A stretch of DNA of 63,814 nucleotides, the filler included, from Folioceros fuciformis (taxonomy: Eukaryota): assembly GCA_049999805.1 (NCBI GenBank). It is 13 parts of 13 records of this genome, joined end to end, with 100 filler letters (N's around TTAATTAATTAA, not from the genome) between each part and the next. Parts side by side here need not be neighbours in the genome. Positions count along the whole stretch, not along the records: positions 59,948 to 63,814 come from JBNGIO010002951.1; 12 more parts are not named here. One strand, given 5' to 3'. Below the pieces are notes generated by a model. That model made no database searches. It saw nothing but the letters and a program-made list of their open reading frames with translations, and was not told the DNA's origin. Made by a program: the position numbers and the translations under genes. Shown in pieces: positions 59,987 through 63,814 of this stretch (the stretch's first letter is position 1; every line of letters starts with the position of its first letter).

Positions 59987-62900
59987 ATGAACCTTGGCTC
60001 CAGCTGCGTGCACTACACCATCCAGGGGATGCGGGGGGATCCGCTGGGAGTACTGTCTTCCAGCTCCGGGGCGGCTGTGGACGACAGCGATTACACCAGT
60101 GATGTCACTCACGACAGCCCCAGGACTTCCACTACCAACACCGCCGTCGCTTTGGATCGCGGAGGAGGGTCTTCGCGGCAGCTGCATCTCCAACAACAGC
60201 AACAGCAACAGCAGCAGCAGGCGCCGCAGCAGCTGCAGCAGTTGCAGCAGCAGGGGGTTGCGGGATTGCCTACCTTGGCTGCCAGTATGGGATCCGGGCG
60301 GGCCAAATGCGGGGGTGCGGGAGACGGGTTTAGGATGTGCGGGCTCGGAAGAATTGAGGACAGCAGAGGAGGAGGAGGAGCCCATCATCAGGACTGCTTC
60401 ACCAATTTCGTGGATGCGTGTACGCCGGCGGCGTCCGGATCAGCGGTGTGGAGGATGGCACATTCGCCCATGTTCTGCTCCAGAGTCGCGCTCATGGTCC
60501 GCCAGCCTCAGCCTCCGCCTCCGCCTTCTCCTTCCCTTCTTTCCTGCTTGATCTGCGGTGGACCTCATGGGGGCTGTGTGGTTGGTCGCAGATTATGGTG
60601 ACCTTGGTGGTGGTGGTGTTTGCCGTCTCGGCCTACCACGCATCCTTCTACGAGCTGCGAAGGTCTGTCACCTCCGCGTCCCTGACTTCGCAGGGCGGGA
60701 TTCTGCAGGCAGCGCAGGACAGTTTCCAGCGCGGCTTGGACGCCAACGCGGCCTCGGCTCAGGCTTTGGCACGCTTTCTTTCTTCATCACTTCCACCGTC
60801 CACTACCGTCTCTAACTACCAGCAGCTGATGCAACAGGTTACGGGGCTCTCCAGTCCTATGCACCTTTTGAAGAGTCAGTTATCATGTTTCTGCTGTTTT
60901 GCAAGACTGAATGACGATGATGGTTTGTCTGTCGATCTGCAGGTTGCCCCCTATCTCTGGATTGCTTATGCTACTAGGCCTGACACTGGGCTTCTGGGAT
61001 ATCTGGCTGCGACCGGAGAGTTTTTTGCCTACAGCAGCACCAGGAACACGTCTCTTCTCTATGCGGGCCCCTCGAGCGCGCAGTCTCCTTACACTACCAC
61101 GTCACCTCTCTGCATTACTCCGGCTTCCTACGACTGGTACTACCAGCCTGTGGATCAGAGCACAGGGCGGGCCATCAATGGAACGACGACTCCTTCTTTG
61201 GACTGCTTCTTGTTTCTTCCCAATCCTTCGATGGTGCAGGAGGCTTTGAACGACTCGGGTCGTGTCTTCTGGACAAGTTCCTTGACAGCAGACGGGGACG
61301 TGCTTCTTCTGTCCATGCAAGCCCTTGTGCTTCCAGGTTCCCTCACGCCAGCTGGAGTACTGCTCACGTCCACTTCCCTGTCCAGCCTAGCCTTTTGGCT
61401 TGGCAACCAGGATCTGCACGACGGAGACTTCTTTGTTACCGACGAGCAGGGCCATCTGGTGGTGCAATCTGGACTTCCCAACCCTCCACCTGTGGCTCCT
61501 CAGCAACAGCTCGAAGCGGAGTACTCCAACAACCCTGTGGTGGCCTCTGCAGCACAGTACCTGGATGTGAGGCTGGGGAATATGAGTAGCTTGGCTGTTG
61601 AGCATTATGTGGCGGGGAATGCCAAGATTAATGGGGGCCGGTATTGGATAGAGAGCAGGCCTCTGGACACCTCCTGCAAATGCCTGGCAAGTATCTTCAC
61701 TCTTTTGGTTTTATTGTGGTCTCGTGTGTGTTATGTCATGCAACTTTTGCTGAAAGTTGCGCTCGACTGTGTGCAGGTTGCCGTGGTCGTCATTCCTCGA
61801 AAGAGCATTGTGGGTTATGGTGGCCGTCGACTCCTGCTCATATTCGCATGTGTAGCCCTCGGCCTTGTGCTGGTGGGTTGTTTTCTTGTCCTGTTGCTGA
61901 CCAAGGGGGTGAGTGGAGCCATGCAAAGAGAGCAGTCATACATAGCTCAAGTGAAGGCTGTCAAGTCGGTGGAGAAGCGAACACATCACAAGCATCAGTT
62001 TTTTGCCAACATGAGTCATGATCTGCGAACTCCGTTGGCCGCCATCATCGGATTGATAGACATGATACTCTCGGACAAGGCGTCCATTGCTTCGGAGCTG
62101 GAAGCTAGCATGGTCCAAATGAAGTCCTGTGCAAATAGCCTTCTAGGCAAGAAATCTTTGTCAACCACTTTGACGATGTTCCAAGTTTCGTGAGGATCTA
62201 GCTTGTGTCTCCTAACTGCGGATAGTTTGTGTTTCCTCGCAAACAGGTATCATGAACTCAATCCTAGATCTGAGCAATATCGAAGGAGGCAAGTTGGAGT
62301 TCAACCCATCTGATTTCGACCTGGTCAGCACTTTAGAGGAGGTTGTGGACACATTCGCCGTGGTTGGCCTGAAGAAAGATGTGGAGGTTGTCCTGGACCT
62401 TCCTGACGACAGTACAGACTTCTGTAGATGGGTAAATGGGGATTCCCGGCATGTCAAGCAGGTCCTGAGCAATCTCCTGAGCAACGCTGTGAAGTTCACT
62501 GGGGAAGGCGGGCAGGTGGTTGTGCGTGCCTGGCCTAAGCCGGTACACGCTCCTTCTGTGGACGATAGGATGGCCCGCCGGCCCCAGGGCTGGCTCAGGA
62601 GAATGGCTAGGTGTGGCGACTTCAGGTGGCATGAACCCACATCAGGTAATGTCAGAAATGGAGCAACAGCGGTCCAGGACAGCGTGGAGTACGAATTCGA
62701 AGTTGATGACACGGGGATTGGTATACCTCCTGCCAGAAGGGAAGCTGTATTCCACAATTTTGTGCAAGCGAGTTCCAGGGTGCATCGTGTACATGGTGGT
62801 ACAGGACTTGGCCTCGCCGTTGTCCGTTCACTGGTGCACTCTCGTTCGCCATCTCGATTTCCTTATCTCTTTCTCTGCCTAGACCACTGTTCTGCTAGGG

Positions 62901-63814
62901 CCCGTTTGATTTGATTCCTGGGTGGGCCAGAGTGAGGACAAAATGGCCCCAGCTTCAATCACAGGAGTCTTGTCTGTTTCTTGTCCTGCGATTCTCTGAT
63001 ATTTCCTGGAAGACAAGCCGTCTAATGCTGTGCTCCTTTCAGGTACATGTTATGGGTGGGCACATTTGGGTTGCCAACAAACAAGAGCGGGGCACACTCA
63101 TCAAATTCGACCTCACTTTCCAGAAGGCTGTCAAGGAACTGCCGCCACGGTCTGCCAAGCGATTCTTCATTTCGGGCAAGGGCAGGGAGAGCTCTGCCGA
63201 CAATTTTAGGAAAAGTGTGAGCATCCGTCCCCTCACCTTGGCTCAACATCTGATCAAGGATGACAGCCGGCTGTCTCTCTCAGCAAGGAGAGAGGAGGGA
63301 GATGTACAGGTACTGCTGGCCATGCAGGGTAAGGCTGGTAAGCAGCTGGTGTACACTTGGATGGAGAGAAGAGGGGCAGTGGTATGGGACGTACCGGAGT
63401 GGAATGACATCTCGACCACCTTCCGCTGTATCATATCCAACATCCTGCATCACGGCTCTCCGCAGTCGTCACCCCAGTCTTACCCCTACCACATCTCTCC
63501 TCGGGTCTCCTATCGCCAGACTTCTCCTTCCAGATATTCCCCTCCCAGAATTTCCAGCTGCAGCAGCTTGCCGGAGGCATCCAAGGTCATCGCACAGGAC
63601 ACCTTCCCTCTGGTGGTTGCTCTAATCGACGTGGCTCTCATTCCGCAAGGCAAGGAGTTCCAGGCCGGCAAGTTCCGCGCAGAGTTGGAGAACTATAGGC
63701 GGTCCAGCAGCACCCATGGATACTTCCTGCACCTCGTGTGGATTGTCTCCCCTGACGCTGGCTACGCTGCCTCGGCAGCATGGCAGAGTCTTCGCACCCG
63801 CGCCGACTCCACCC
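59987..63814 (+). CDS. Membrane hybrid histidine kinase, AHK1/CKI1 clade; 3' partial
   Basis: Exons ~59987-60496, 60592-60837, 60943-61686, 61777-62146, 62247-62833 and 63043-end. Two TM segments, H-box FFANMSHDLRTPL, N-box NLLSNAVKFT, G1 DDTGIGI and G2 GGTGLGL. Receiver domain lies beyond the window; start codon uncertain (59987 or 60029). Confidence 0.9.
60191..60253 (+). repeat. CAG/CAA microsatellite encoding polyQ
   Basis: QQQQQQQQQQAPQQLQQLQQQ in kinase exon 1. Confidence 0.9.

Noticed and set aside
59987-63814. Histidine kinase as bacterial contamination or recent horizontal transfer
   Set aside because: Spliceosomal introns and plant AHK1/CKI1-type architecture.

Overview
This is not one continuous locus. 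It is 13 separate contigs of about 3-8.5 kb joined by 12 identical artificial 100-bp linkers (N44-TTAATTAATTAA-N44). The DNA is eukaryotic nuclear sequence from a land plant, most likely a non-seed plant with flagellated sperm. This is inferred from an axonemal DM10/EFHC gene, plant tRNA-iMet and tRNA-Asp primer-binding sites (PBS), CCCTAAA telomere repeats and an AHK1/CKI1-type kinase with ~100-bp introns. Most of the window is nested, decayed retrotransposons: about ten Ty1/copia fragments, several non-chromoviral Ty3/gypsy fragments, two recurring LTR families, a solo LTR with a target-site duplication (TSD) and a LINE. Three host genes are visible: a Bfr1/PPI-like coiled-coil gene, a six-exon single-DM10 gene and a hybrid histidine kinase. 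Best candidates for something new: (1) a copia lineage with an extra ORF 5' of gag (CxxC plus coiled coil), seen in four independent elements; (2) a decayed beta-class N6A/N4C DNA-methyltransferase-like ORF cut by a copia LTR, near a MULE/SWIM pseudogene; (3) a stand-alone single-DM10 EFHC paralog; (4) a GC-skewed LTR-associated tract found in opposite orientations relative to gypsy coding sequence. All family assignments come from manual motif recognition; no database searches were run.
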